Assembly (NCBI GenBank): GCA_904063045.1
Contig: CAJFCJ010000007.1
Span: forward strand, 1,570,873-1,634,872
Length of the DNA: 64,000 nt
Source: Dimorphilus gyrociliatus
Lineage: Eukaryota; Animalia; Annelida
Direction of reading: 5' to 3'
The notes beneath the pieces were generated by a model that was not told where the DNA came from, did not search any database, and saw only the letters and a program-made list of their open reading frames with translations. Below are positions 34,101 to 45,835 of this stretch, one piece after another. The stretch's first letter is position 1; every line of letters begins with the position of its first letter. The translations under genes were made by a program, and so were the position numbers.

Positions 34101-37100
34101 CCATTTTTTCTATTCGATTCCATCTTAATTCAGCTTCTGTTTTTTTAGGAGGAGAGACTGGTTGCTCTACCGTTCGTTCTGGTACCTTACGTCCAGCGCT
34201 AGCCAAGTCCTGCTTAGCTTTTTCGACAGCACCTGATATATCTAGAGAGGCTCTGTTACCATTCACATTCATTTGTCCCATTTTCTTTGCTAGAGCCGAA
34301 ACAGATCCTTGACTTTCCTCCTCTGTTGAATTTTCCGTCTTTTGTTTCCTCTTTTGTAATTCCCTCCACCTATCATTCGTTGATAGTTTACTAACATCCT
34401 GCAGGTCACCGTTAACATTTTCCGAGGTATCTGTTCGGGTAATTATGTTAATGAACAGTTTTGTTTAGAAAATTTAGCTAAACAAAATTAGAGTTAATTG
34501 AAAGCATGGAAATACCAAACGCAGGAGTTTGTTCGTTAGTAGTCATATATCCACTATCAACACTTCGAATAGAAACCGAGTGCGACAACGGAGAATTCAA
34601 GTTAGCACCTTGCTTTTCCTTTTTTTTTTTTAAATTTTCGTCCAGATACTTTGTAAGAAAGTCTAAAATTTCAGATTCCCGTTGCATTGATTTTTCTCCA
34701 ACCAAAGCATCTCTTCTTGTTAAGCGACTTAAAAAGTTCGATTCTACTCTTTGCGGGACGAGATCAGTGAAATCGTTTGTAATATGTTTATCGACTAGTT
34801 CAGTTAACTGCTGCGGAAGTTCGCCAGAACAATGTTCAGTCAAGTGAGACAAAATTCTCTCTCGAAATTCACTCCTTCGTCTTACGGCTCCAGAGAACAT
34901 GAAACTACGTTCTTTTTCTCTTAAACGTGCATGCCGATCAGCCAGAGATTCATTTATTCTCGAAGCTATACTTGGACCTTGACTACTATCAAAAGTAACA
35001 GCCCTTTTTTCAAGAATATTATCTACCTGATCGCTAGCACCGTTAGTAGTTTGAACATCTTTGGGTTTTGACGGTTCATTCTGTCGATTCAAAGCGATCG
35101 AAGAAAAACGAATCGTATTTGTGGCTTCACTATTAGCAGTAGACAATTCTGACTGACTACTTTCATCAGAAACAGCGTTAACTCTAGATCTTCTGTTACT
35201 CAAAGAGGCAGGGACTGAAGGTATCACAGCAGCAGGTTGTTTATTAACAACAGAGTCAAGACATTTACGCTCCTCAGCAAGAGAACGTCGTGTTCTTCTT
35301 CGACGACTACTAGTTTGATTGGGTTCTGTTAGTTTTTAAGAGATATCTTAAGGGATGCATGCAATAAACATGAGGAAAATTCACCTGGTTCGGAAAGAGA
35401 CGTTTTCCTAGAGTATAATTCATGCGATGTACTTTGGTTAGTCTCTATTTTAGTAAATTGCCCATGGTATTTAAAAAAGGATTTGCATGCAAGTACAAAT
35501 ACTTACCAGGTACACCATTTTTTTGCTCTTCAACGGTACCCAATGAAGGTGGTCGACCAACAGATAATCTACCCGAGTTACCTCCTACTGATTTTCTTTT
35601 AGATACTCTGGATGTATCCTCGCTTTTCCTGCGAGGTGTTGTTCTAACATTCTCTATCACTGGAGTCACAGATTCTTCGCCATCCTCAAATGCCATAACT
35701 TTTTCATATATATTGAACTGCTCGATTAGGTCAGGTACGGTATTATTGTTGTCATTATGTCCTTTAATGCATTCCTGCATTCCTTGATCTTCTAATGCAT
35801 CAACAATATCGTAATAGGTATCTTGGTCAGGAACAGTGTTAAGTACCTTTTCAAAGATTATCGGCTCATTATCTCAAGAGAATTCTTTCATTTTTAAGTT
35901 TACAATACCTTATTCAGTAGCGTAACTGTATAGAGTAAAAGGTCCTGTTCACAGTCTACCTCTTTTAGTATATTCATGAAATGTGACCAAGCTTTTGTTC
36001 CTAAAAGAATTAAAAAAAACGAAAATTTTCCGATTATTTTTCAATAGTTAAATAAAATATTGACATTATAAGTTCTAAAGCCTGTTGCCGTAATCCTTTA
36101 AATTGCGCACAACTCAAGGACGTCAATGACCGAGCACATCTATTACTATTTTTAATAATTGCTTAACGATATACTATAATAGCTAAACAGACATCCAGCC
36201 GAGAATCACATGGAAAATTCCAAATAATATTGATCTATTATACAACCTCGGCATGTTTCTATTCGATAGAGATCGACCATATCAGGCCAATTGTTTACAA
36301 AATAGTTTCAATAACACTTGCCTTGATCTTTATCTACTGTTTTAACAGCCTCAATCAATATACGACCGTTACCATCATTGTATTCGACGAAGACGAGAAG
36401 TAGTTTAAGAGAAGTTTTTATAAGCAGTCTCATCTAAAATGTAAATAGGGTGAATTCTAAAGTCCGTATTATACACACACAACTTTTAAAGTTTTCAATC
36501 AACTATAAAAAAATTCTAAAAAAATTTTTTTTTCACACATTTTATGGCGCAGGCAAAAGGGAGCACAGCAATTTTAAAGTATAGTTTCTTTCTCATGCCC
36601 CACAACTTACAAGAAGAGAATTTTTATCAGTTTGCGATTTAGAAAATAGACCAGGCTGCCGAAAGAGAAAGTTGGGAACCAAAGATAACGAAAAAATGTT
36701 TATAAATACCTTGCTAGCGCACTGGGCATACAACCATCTGATAGTTCTTTTATTCTTTCTTACTCCCTCCATACCATCGACATACAACATCAACTGTCCA
36801 AGGGCTCTTAAAATGTAGTTTTTATTACTTGACTCGTTGGTTGCACTAGTATCGCCGATGTTGAGAAGAACATCAAGTCCGTTCGTTTCAACGAATTCGT
36901 GCACGAGTTCCTTATCATATTGAAAGAGCTGCTTGAGCGAAAAGAGTGCTCTTCTTAAGGCCCTGTCTTGACATGCTTGCAATTGTTCTATAAAGTGATT
37001 AATTAATTAAAAATTTGTCACGTAAAATACATAAACTTTATCGTGTTCGAAGTATAGCACTTACCCAGGCAAGCTGAACACCTTGCTTGTAAGGAAGTTC

Positions 37101-38383
37101 GCAGCAATACTACATTCTTGTTTCTGTTTAAGATCATATACAAATCCCATTAAGAGTTTTGGCAATGAATAAGATATGAAGGTAATTTAATTGTCTGTAA
37201 GGTGTTCATTCCCTGATTCAATAGACAGAATGCTCAATGGCGCCTAATCAATCAACCTACAATTCAAGATCAAAATCAATAATGATCGGAAATCTTATCT
37301 TTCTAAGTGTTCAATTCAACAATTAAAATATGTCAATATATGTGATAACCTGTACTCAAATCACCTACAAAGTATATTTACTAAAAGGTCATATATCATT
37401 TAAAAAATTTTTCATGTAAAACGTAACGGAGAAAATACAAGGCCTTGTGGCAAGACTAAGGCATATTCAATGGTTCGGTACTGCAGTTGAGCATATTTTC
37501 GGCACGTGTATATAGGCAAAATAGACCGAGGGCGCCTGCACTATTCTATTTATAAATAAGTTGCAGACCTCGATTTCATCTACAAAAGTAAAGTTTTACG
37601 CCTAGACAAGCTTGCGTAATGTCTTTTTACTGTGTTAACGCTATCAACTCACTGCTTCGAAAATTCCGTCAGGTCAAAGTCTTCCCATTGCTCGTCAAGA
37701 CTTAATTCGATATCCAAGTAATTGCCATGGTCAATTTGATTTTCACTCTCAACGTTGAAATAGCATAATTGTAAGGCACAAGTATCAACCTGAAAAAAAA
37801 ATATCTCAATTTTATATTATTTCTCTTTGGTTTGTTATTGTCTGTTTTGCGTATCTCTTTTTTTATCAAGTGACATTTCGAACACGCGCTATTTACACTC
37901 TGTCACTGTTATGTCAAGAAACTACGTCAATCTATCTTTGAAATAATTGTAACTAATCCCGTAAAAAGAACCCAACAACTTGAATTTAAAAATCATATTA
38001 TGTGTTACAGGTGCAAATCGTTGGTTACATGATTCATAAAGAAATCTTCAGCTTATAGGCCTAACTTTCGAGCGGGTCATTGATTACGCGTTGAATTTAA
38101 TCCAGTTTAAAGCAATTATAAGTGATAATCCTTTTCTTCGAAACAAATTTTACACTAGATACAGAAAGATGAAATCACTATCCAACAATGACTCCTAAAT
38201 ACTCACTTTCAAAGGGGCTTTTAATTGCTCTTTCAAGGCCGGCACTTGTTGCGAGAGACGCAAAGTTCTATCGAAACGAAAATTTGATGGTCGGATCGGT
38301 TCAGGAGAGGGACGCGCAGCGAACGGATCGGATTCGTTTAAAAATTGAACGCGACAAACTAAAACGCCTTCGTCCACTTCCAT
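31184..38383 (-). CDS. FHOD3: FHOD-family formin (GBD_N, FH3 armadillo, FH1, FH2, DAD), core isoform
   Basis: CRVQFLNESDPF...PEP, RRALFSLKQLFQ.DKELVHEFV, YILRALGQLMLYVDGM, poly-Pro FH1, KKTIRLHWKE, LEHLFE, SNAINIGMT, GSAEQFLLTL, DAD RKSLRRT.TGL. A single FHOD1/FHOD3 co-ortholog is likely. Confidence 0.92.
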
Positions 38384-38389
38384 CTCTCT

Positions 38390-41300
38390 CTGGCCATAGC
38401 GCAAGTAAAGTAGAGCTGTTTTGATTTTGCTACGCGTATTAATACAGGTAAAACCGACACCTGGTGAGCGTTATATTCACATAGTGGCGCAATCGGTGCA
38501 AATTTAAAATAGAAACTTTGTAGGCCTTACCTTATATGTGTCTAAGCCGATACCCTCTAAGAGTTTTTGAAAGGATTTATAACCTATAAACTTTCCATTA
38601 GGATCTTTGGGGGTCTGTGACATTTTACAAAACTTCACGATCTCACTCCCACTTAAAGAACCGTTCTTTTGTTTAATAGTTAGCTTAACAATATTCTTGA
38701 AAGCTTCTCTGTCCTGAGCAGTTTGTAATTCTTTTCCGTTGACTAAGGGCTTTTCATCAACCCCGAGGTCGATTAAAGGCTTCTCCGGGTCACTTGCTAG
38801 GCTCACCTTTTTCGTCGATCGTTTTGGTTCTTTCGCTATTGAATCCAATAGGGCATCGATATCTTCCAGAGCATTTGAAGATGGTGAAGGCAAAAGAGGC
38901 CTATCGGGAGTGCTTTCAGCTATTGGAGTATCTAAAAGGCTATCGCAAGAAGAAGAAGTATGCCGTTTCTCACTGTACGTAGCGCTTCCAATTACGTCAT
39001 CGATATCCTTTAAATTACTAATGTAAATATATTCAGGGGGTGGGCTAATTCTAGGCGTTATATTTTCCAAGAATTGTTCTTCATCGCTAAATCCCCTTTC
39101 AGTGTCCGAATATCCTAAAATTGAGTCGATATCAATAAGACTACTTATGAAGCCTTTCTTCATTTGTTCAGGTCTGGCAAGATCTGGAAGTGATAAAATA
39201 CTACCACTAAGATTTTCTACAGATCTGACACCCCAAAATGTTGACCTTTTTGGTCTATCGGTTCCAATTGATGTCAAAGATAGTGTGCTTCCTCTGTCAT
39301 CGGTAGTTGTTCCATATGTTAGTAGACTATCAACGGAAGGAGCTGTTAGAATTCTATTTCGTAAACCGAATGTTGACTTCTGCTCTAGATTATCATATGG
39401 TGACGGACTTCTTCGTTGCATGTTGTCATAGGGCGACATTGGTCGGGTTGTGAGATCTGAAGGTGCCGAACTGACATTATCATCCAATATTCGCTTTTTA
39501 TCATTTGTCTTCTTTATTATTTGTCTCGGTGCCTTAGGGGGTCGAGAAGTACTTGGAGCATCGGGAGGAGTAATTTGTAGTTGCTGCTTCCATTGCTTCA
39601 CCTTCTCGATGGAATCTTTAAGAGATAAATTTTCAGGTGTAAGGGGAACTACGGCTGCAGCTTCTTGGGCTTGCTTACGAAGTAAAAATGAAGTCTGTTG
39701 CTTTTGTTTCACTGGTTCTTCAAAAACGCTATCATCCTCTGTTGCTGAGGGAGCATCTAAACTAAATTTCATTTCGGCAGGAGCTTCTCCTCCTCCAGTC
39801 GCCAAAACTTCCTCGTTTCTCGGTCGTTGCTTAATTTTGAAGGAGCTTTGTGAAGGTAACTTTACTTTTGCCGCCGGTGTAGATGGGGCTGAGACTGATT
39901 TTGGCTGCCACCGATCTAGCACTTTCCGAGGTGACGATGTCGGCGATGGCGTTTTGGGCGAAATAGGTTCAGGGTCTATATGAAGTGAGGGTAGTCTTTT
40001 GTTAGGTACATAACCTGGTCCGTGAAGAAATCTACTGTACTTTACATTATTTTTCAGTTCGTTAACATCCACTTGAGCCTCTGCGTTTACATACTTTCTC
40101 TCTATACGTCGTCCCTTTCTTTTAACTTTAACTTTAATTGTCTTTGTTGCTGATATAGGCTTAGGTCTATGTTTAACTGTCGGATCATGAGGTTCAAGAG
40201 GTGATGTAGCACGACACATTCTTCTAGCATAATTCCTTTCGTCATCGTCGTCACTTCCTTGGTCCAATGATTCATCAGGTGTAAATTTTGATTTTCTTCG
40301 TTCTACGCCAGTTTCTTTTTTTTCACTATATTCTGTACTATCCAGCCGACTTAAACGAGATGAGAATGGAGTTAAATTATAAGTTGAAGATTTTGCTGGA
40401 GAAGTACTATTTGCAGTTCTCCTTGAAGAAAAAGGTGTTAGATTGTAAGTTGTATTTTTCACACGTTCTTGAGTGGTTGGTTCTAAACTAGACAGGCGAT
40501 TTGTTGATGAAGGTGTTCTATTGTAAGTAATTCCTAGGGCTGACGGAGTCGCATTGTTACTCGGTGTTGTACTAGGCGGAGGAGGCGCATAAACTCTTCT
40601 AGACGATGAACTAGGAACATACGAGCTCGTGGGAGTATAAGAGCTTCTGTTCGAACTTCCTACAGACAATCTGTCACTGACAGATATTCTATCATTGGGT
40701 GCAGAACGAGCGTATCGGTCAACTGAACCTAGCCTCTGTCTAGAGTATCCAGCTGAAGTTGTTGCTGGAGAGACAAACTGAGACCGGAGAGCTGCTACAT
40801 TTCCTCTATTCAAATTGGCAAAGTTTAAAGATCTATCTTTCCACGGCTGTGATGAGTTGAAAGTAGAATAAGCTGATGACGTTCGACCAGAGCTATACAC
40901 AGAAGCAGGAGCTGCGCTGGAAACAGTTGACAAGGATCCACTTCTATAGGATCTGGAACTGGGCATCTATTGAAAAGAATGAAAAAATGTATACACTAAC
41001 TTTATACAGCGTAGAAAGAAGTACTTAGTAAGATGTAACCGATAAACTAAAGTCTAAGTCTACATTATTCGTTTATTTCCTTTATATTGACTACTTTAAA
41101 ATGAATTTACACCTGGCGGCCATACCAGAAAATATTTCTACTGGAAAATCATAGAACTATATCTCAAGCATTGCCTATGCAGAGAGTTTTAGTACTCTGA
41201 TTAAAATAGATTTTTACCGAAGATGAATAAGCGCTGGATCGAGATCCGTAGACAGAGTTGGATGGAGTGCCCTGAAACGTTATAAAAAATGAATCTTGTT

Positions 41301-41478
41301 TTTTGCAATTTCAATATTGTTATTCCAGCTGCATGCATGGCACGCGAGGCAATGCGTTTCCCTCCCGAAATTTTTTATAGAACGTCTTATCGCTTGACCT
41401 ATAAAATGCGTTAGTCGTGCCCGTTAGATTATTTAGAACACTTACATATCCGGATCTGCTATAATGACTATATGCCAT
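38390..41478 (-). CDS. Predicted N-terminal extension of FHOD (33-nt, 54-nt and 2.4-kb exons, about 840 aa), low complexity
   Basis: MAYSHYSRSGY|GTPSNSVYGSRSSAYSSS|MPSSRSY...LDTYK with phase-0 donors (gtaagt, gtaaaa, gtaagg). The last donor (38530) is phase-compatible with the cag acceptor at 38390 just before MEVDEG. Confidence 0.65.
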
Positions 41479-42441
41479 TTCGCTCGATTCATCTAAGATG
41501 TAGCTAGCTCATATCCATTTCGTATTGTGCAGTCCCAAAAAGCCGATAGTTTTTTTTTACTCTCACGCACCTCTGCAGAATCCTAGTTGTTTACAAATGA
41601 TGAGCTTTGCAGTTGGTCCATGGGGGCTACATTGGGTTCAACTCTTGTGCGCTTTCGTAAAATGTAAAGGAATTTACGTTACAATTATTGGCAAAAGCTA
41701 TTTAAAGTTTTTCGTATGTATTAAAATGCCAGTATCAAAGATAAAGCTATAAATTTTCACAGTTGTAGGCCTACTAACACCCAAAAATACCCCTCAAAGT
41801 TAGTTCTATTTTGCAGTTTATCAAAAGTATAGTTTTTTATAGCATAACTAGTTAACTCTTTGAGATAAAAATAAACTTTAATATAAAATATCGTATGAAA
41901 TATTAATTTCTTAACTCAAATTAGTTGGTTTGAGAATACTGTTGACCAGATATTCAAACGCGATGGAAACAAAAATAAGTAACAAATTTAATTTATAACT
42001 TTTATTTGCAGTATGATAGCATACATATTGATTACCAAAAACAAATAATGAATTAGCTTATCAGTTGACGATAAATTCATGAAAATTGCTAAAAGACATG
42101 TTACAAAAATTCTTGTTTAAATGAAATGACAACGTTGGAAATATTTCATTTCTTTATAACTTTTCTGGTAGTAAACTAAGGGCATTCATTCAAATTATAA
42201 TTCATTAGCTTCTTCATACTGAAGGAGTATTCTAGCCCTAATTAATGCTATTTAACATAACTAAAGGGTACATAAAATTGAAACACAGAAAAGTTTCAAA
42301 GTATAGTAAAAAGACATTTTCAAGGTAGTATTGGATGCTAAATCTTCAGAAATATGGCTTAGCTGAAATTTTTATTTGGGAAATATTATATTTAGATTTC
42401 TCCAAAAGATTAGTTTTTAATTCAGAAAAATTCTCATTTTA

Positions 42442-45400
42442 TCATGAAATATAAGTTCTTTGCAAAATTTGTTGCGTATTATGAATATCCATTTCAACCG
42501 ATAGCAATTCTTTAGCTAGTCTATGATCTTCTGCTTCTTGAAGAAGTTGCATCTGATCCGATACGTATGCTAGATCAGCATTAATTTCATTGTTCACATT
42601 CTTTTCGCCTGTATGTTTAATACTTTGTTTCAAACTCCAATATGAATGCTCTGATAAACGATTGGATGTCAGATTACGGCCGATCATCGCTGTAGGAAGA
42701 GAGGAAGCAACCCTGAATCCATTAGGATCACTAACATGATCTGAGACGCCAAAAAATGGATTTGTTGGTGAAAAACGACTGGGAACTGGGGCTGCTACTG
42801 GATAGCCCCTGGAAAAGGGAGTTACGGCTGTTACAGGCATGGGGTTTCGCATTTGCGAAGCAGTAACTTGAACGGGTGGGATATCTTTCACTTTCGTTTT
42901 GTACCCTCGGGCTATGGGACCTAAAAATTCATTAAGTCATTAGATATATCCCAAAACATATCAAATATTACCGAATTTGGACACGATTGAGTGAGTTGAG
43001 AATGGAATAATTTCGTCATCGCTGTTACTTTCTGTTTGGAGTTCGCTCTCTAGCTCTTGAGTAAAACTGCTTGAGATTGGGCCATATTTATATGATGAGG
43101 AAGCTAGCTGGCTGGAACACTCTTCTATTAAGTGTGACGTCACAATACTGGTCGTAATTGCAGTTGATATTTCATTGGAATTCGCCTCCACAGTAGTATA
43201 TGATATATTACATTGTTTATTGATATGACTTAACAGCTCCCCTTTTTTCTTATGTAAATGATGTAGAGTTTCTGAGGGTGTCTTTCGCTAAAATAGTAAT
43301 ACAAAGATAAGACATAAAACATGAAAACAAACCTTGCCTACCTGTCTTAGAGAAATATTTGACAGAAGCCCGTCTGGATAGAAATTATGGGGTAGAACAT
43401 GTTGTTCAAGAGGTCGAATTACGGTCACAGGCACGTTAGAATAATCAACAACAGGTACTTCAGGTGCCTCTTGAGCACTGGGTATTGGAACAGCTCCGTC
43501 AGTCAAAGTTGTGGATGTTGGCGTCATAGTAGTTCTAGCCATTTTTGCCTCATTAGACCCATATAACAAAGAACTTTGTACAGTTGGCACCTCCACTTCG
43601 TTATCTGGCACAAGACCTAACTTCGCACACATTCCTTGATTCAAGGCATCTAATTGCGCCTTTTCTACTGCAGTAAGAGATGATTGATTCGTTTGTTGGG
43701 ATACTTTGTGTCGATGTCTGTCAAGCTCCTCCTTGGAGTGTGCGAATGAGCATGAGTCACCTCTTGGGCATTCATTCTTCTAAAAAGTTAAAGATTCGTA
43801 ATAGGCAAATATAACGATTGAAAATCTTACTGTCATAAGATCCCTGCACATCATAGTCTTATAACGATTTGTATTTTGTTCGAGAATAGCTTGGCTAACT
43901 CGCCTCCTCAGATTTGGATTCTGAACTAGTTCAACAAGTCCTTGAATTACATCTGACAAAGCTTTCAAAGAATTTTCTAATGTTTCCCATGTAGGACTTT
44001 CTGCTTCTAAAACAAAATTGATTAGTGCAATTTGATCAAATTGGAAATTCTAATTTTACCAGCATGTTGATCAATTCTTGATAGGCACTCAAAAGTATCT
44101 TTTAGTTTCATTAAGTTTGCTGGATCTCCCGTTCTGCGTAAAGTGGATTGAAATTCTCCAATACTAGCGACAAAGGAATTTTCATTTTGCTGCTAAAAGA
44201 AAAAAACCATTTTGAAAACATTAAAAGGAAACTACTTTTAGTATATTATTCACCTTGCACACTTTATCGATTATAGATTGAATATAACTTTTATGATAAA
44301 CATTGCCGTACAATAAAGAACTCCATTGCTCAGGCACTATTCTTAAACCTAATTATAAATACAAAAATCAATATATTTTTTAGAGAATATTTTTCATAAA
44401 AGACCTGCTTCAATTGCTATTGTCACTACTTGAGCATCATGTTCTCTTCGAAGATTGTCATAGTTTCGAAGTTCTTCTCTAAGCTGCATAAGAGATGAAT
44501 CTTCCTCTCTCTTAGTTACTATGAAACAAGAGGCTCTATATAAAAGTTGAACAACGTGACCTACAGATGTTTTGCTAGCATTAGGAAACCGCTCTTGTAG
44601 TCTTTGAACAACAAACAAGACTAAAACTTTTCTTGACAACGCTGTCCCATCCTGAAGAGCCTGAAGAATCAGTTTGATTGCTTCTTCTTGCATAGAAGGT
44701 CCTAAAAATTGACATCCTCTCGATCTTACAGCCGCCCAAAGATTAGCCGCTGTAAGTTGTGGATTTTGATGCAATAAGATCAGCTCAGACAAGGTTCTCT
44801 CAGCCAGAGACCGAATAATTTTTACGGCTTTTACACGTCCATCATCCTCTAACAACCGGCAATTGGCTAAACTTATCAATTTTCTTTGCATTGGTCGACT
44901 GAGAGGACATGTTCCAGTTGAACTCACAGGCTCCAGACACGTTGATATTTTTTCGATTACTTTTTGACAACTTTTCCAAGAATTATACATGGACTTTTGG
45001 TATTTTCCTTCGTTTTTCAATTCTTTGGATACAGATGCAGAGGGCTGAAAACATAATAGTGTATCAACTTCCGAAACTTTATCTTTTTTATTTTAAGAAG
45101 TTATAATATGTCCAATTTAAAAGAAAATTGAGACTAGTTATTTCTAATATACCTTACGAATTTTAAATTCATTATGGATATCTTCAACCTCCTTATCTAT
45201 TTCTGTCTGATCGAAAGGACATTTCTTTGGTTTTAATTTTACTAAACAACTTTTGCAAACCTAATTTCAAGAATGATCAAGGAACGGTTACTTGTTGTTT
45301 AAACATCTAGTAATGAAAAACGAACCGTATGTCCACAATGTAAATTAATACGCAATCTAATAGTTTCATCGAATCTGTAAGGAAAAGGGAGAGGATTAGT

Positions 45401-45490
45401 TTATTTACAAAAGATTTTTAGAAAACCTAACGAGTTATGGCAGACTGGACAAGATACGCTATCCATCCATTGAGGTGCCTGAACTGGCAT
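42442..45490 (-). CDS. RC3H1: Roquin (RING-ROQ-HEPN-CCCH RNA-binding E3 ligase)
   Basis: [78 protein letters not shown]...[13 protein letters not shown] single RC3H1/2 co-ortholog is likely. Confidence 0.93.
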
Positions 45491-45735
45491 TTCAAGCAAT
45501 CAAATACTATCAGTAAAAATTTACTGTTAGCTATCTGGACGTGAAAAATACAGATATTACAAAATTTTCTGATGCAGAGTAAACCGGAATTTGCTAGATT
45601 GTGTTCTAGGCTCTTGTGTCCGCATCATTTTTGTTGTTGTAGATCCAACTACAAACCCTTACCAGTTTAAACACAATTTAAAATGTGGTCACGTCTTCTT
45701 AACTGAAAAGACACTATACCTGACAGAAATATAGT

Positions 45736-45754
45736 CCGCCATTTTTAAAGATGG
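45736..45754. promoter_or_regulatory. YY1-type element(s) in the bidirectional Roquin/SCAF promoter
   Basis: CCGCCATTTT (YY1 consensus CGCCATNTT) followed by AAAGATGG, between start codons 346 bp apart. Confidence 0.55.
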
Positions 45755-45835
45755 AGATTAGAGGATGATTGTTGTTTAAAAAATTAACCTTTTATTTCAT
45801 TGCATGCTCTAGAAAACTCTTTAAATATTAAAATC

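Noticed and set aside
35222-35232. TATCACAGC, matching the miR-2 family 5' end
   Set aside because: Only 9 nt, antisense to FHOD coding sequence, no hairpin.
37350-37364. 15-nt microexon-like block (tag|GTGATTTGAGTACAG|gtt) in a FHOD intron
   Set aside because: In the host phase (2) it gives an immediate TGA. It could only be a poison exon or part of an unsupported isoform.
37546-37555. MEF2-like CTATTTATAA in a FHOD intron
   Set aside because: Such AT-rich motifs occur several times by chance in this window.
42211-42226. Hairpin in the Roquin 3' UTR resembling a CDE autoregulatory element
   Set aside because: On the mRNA strand the triloop is GUA, not pyrimidine-purine-pyrimidine, and the stem is only 5 bp.
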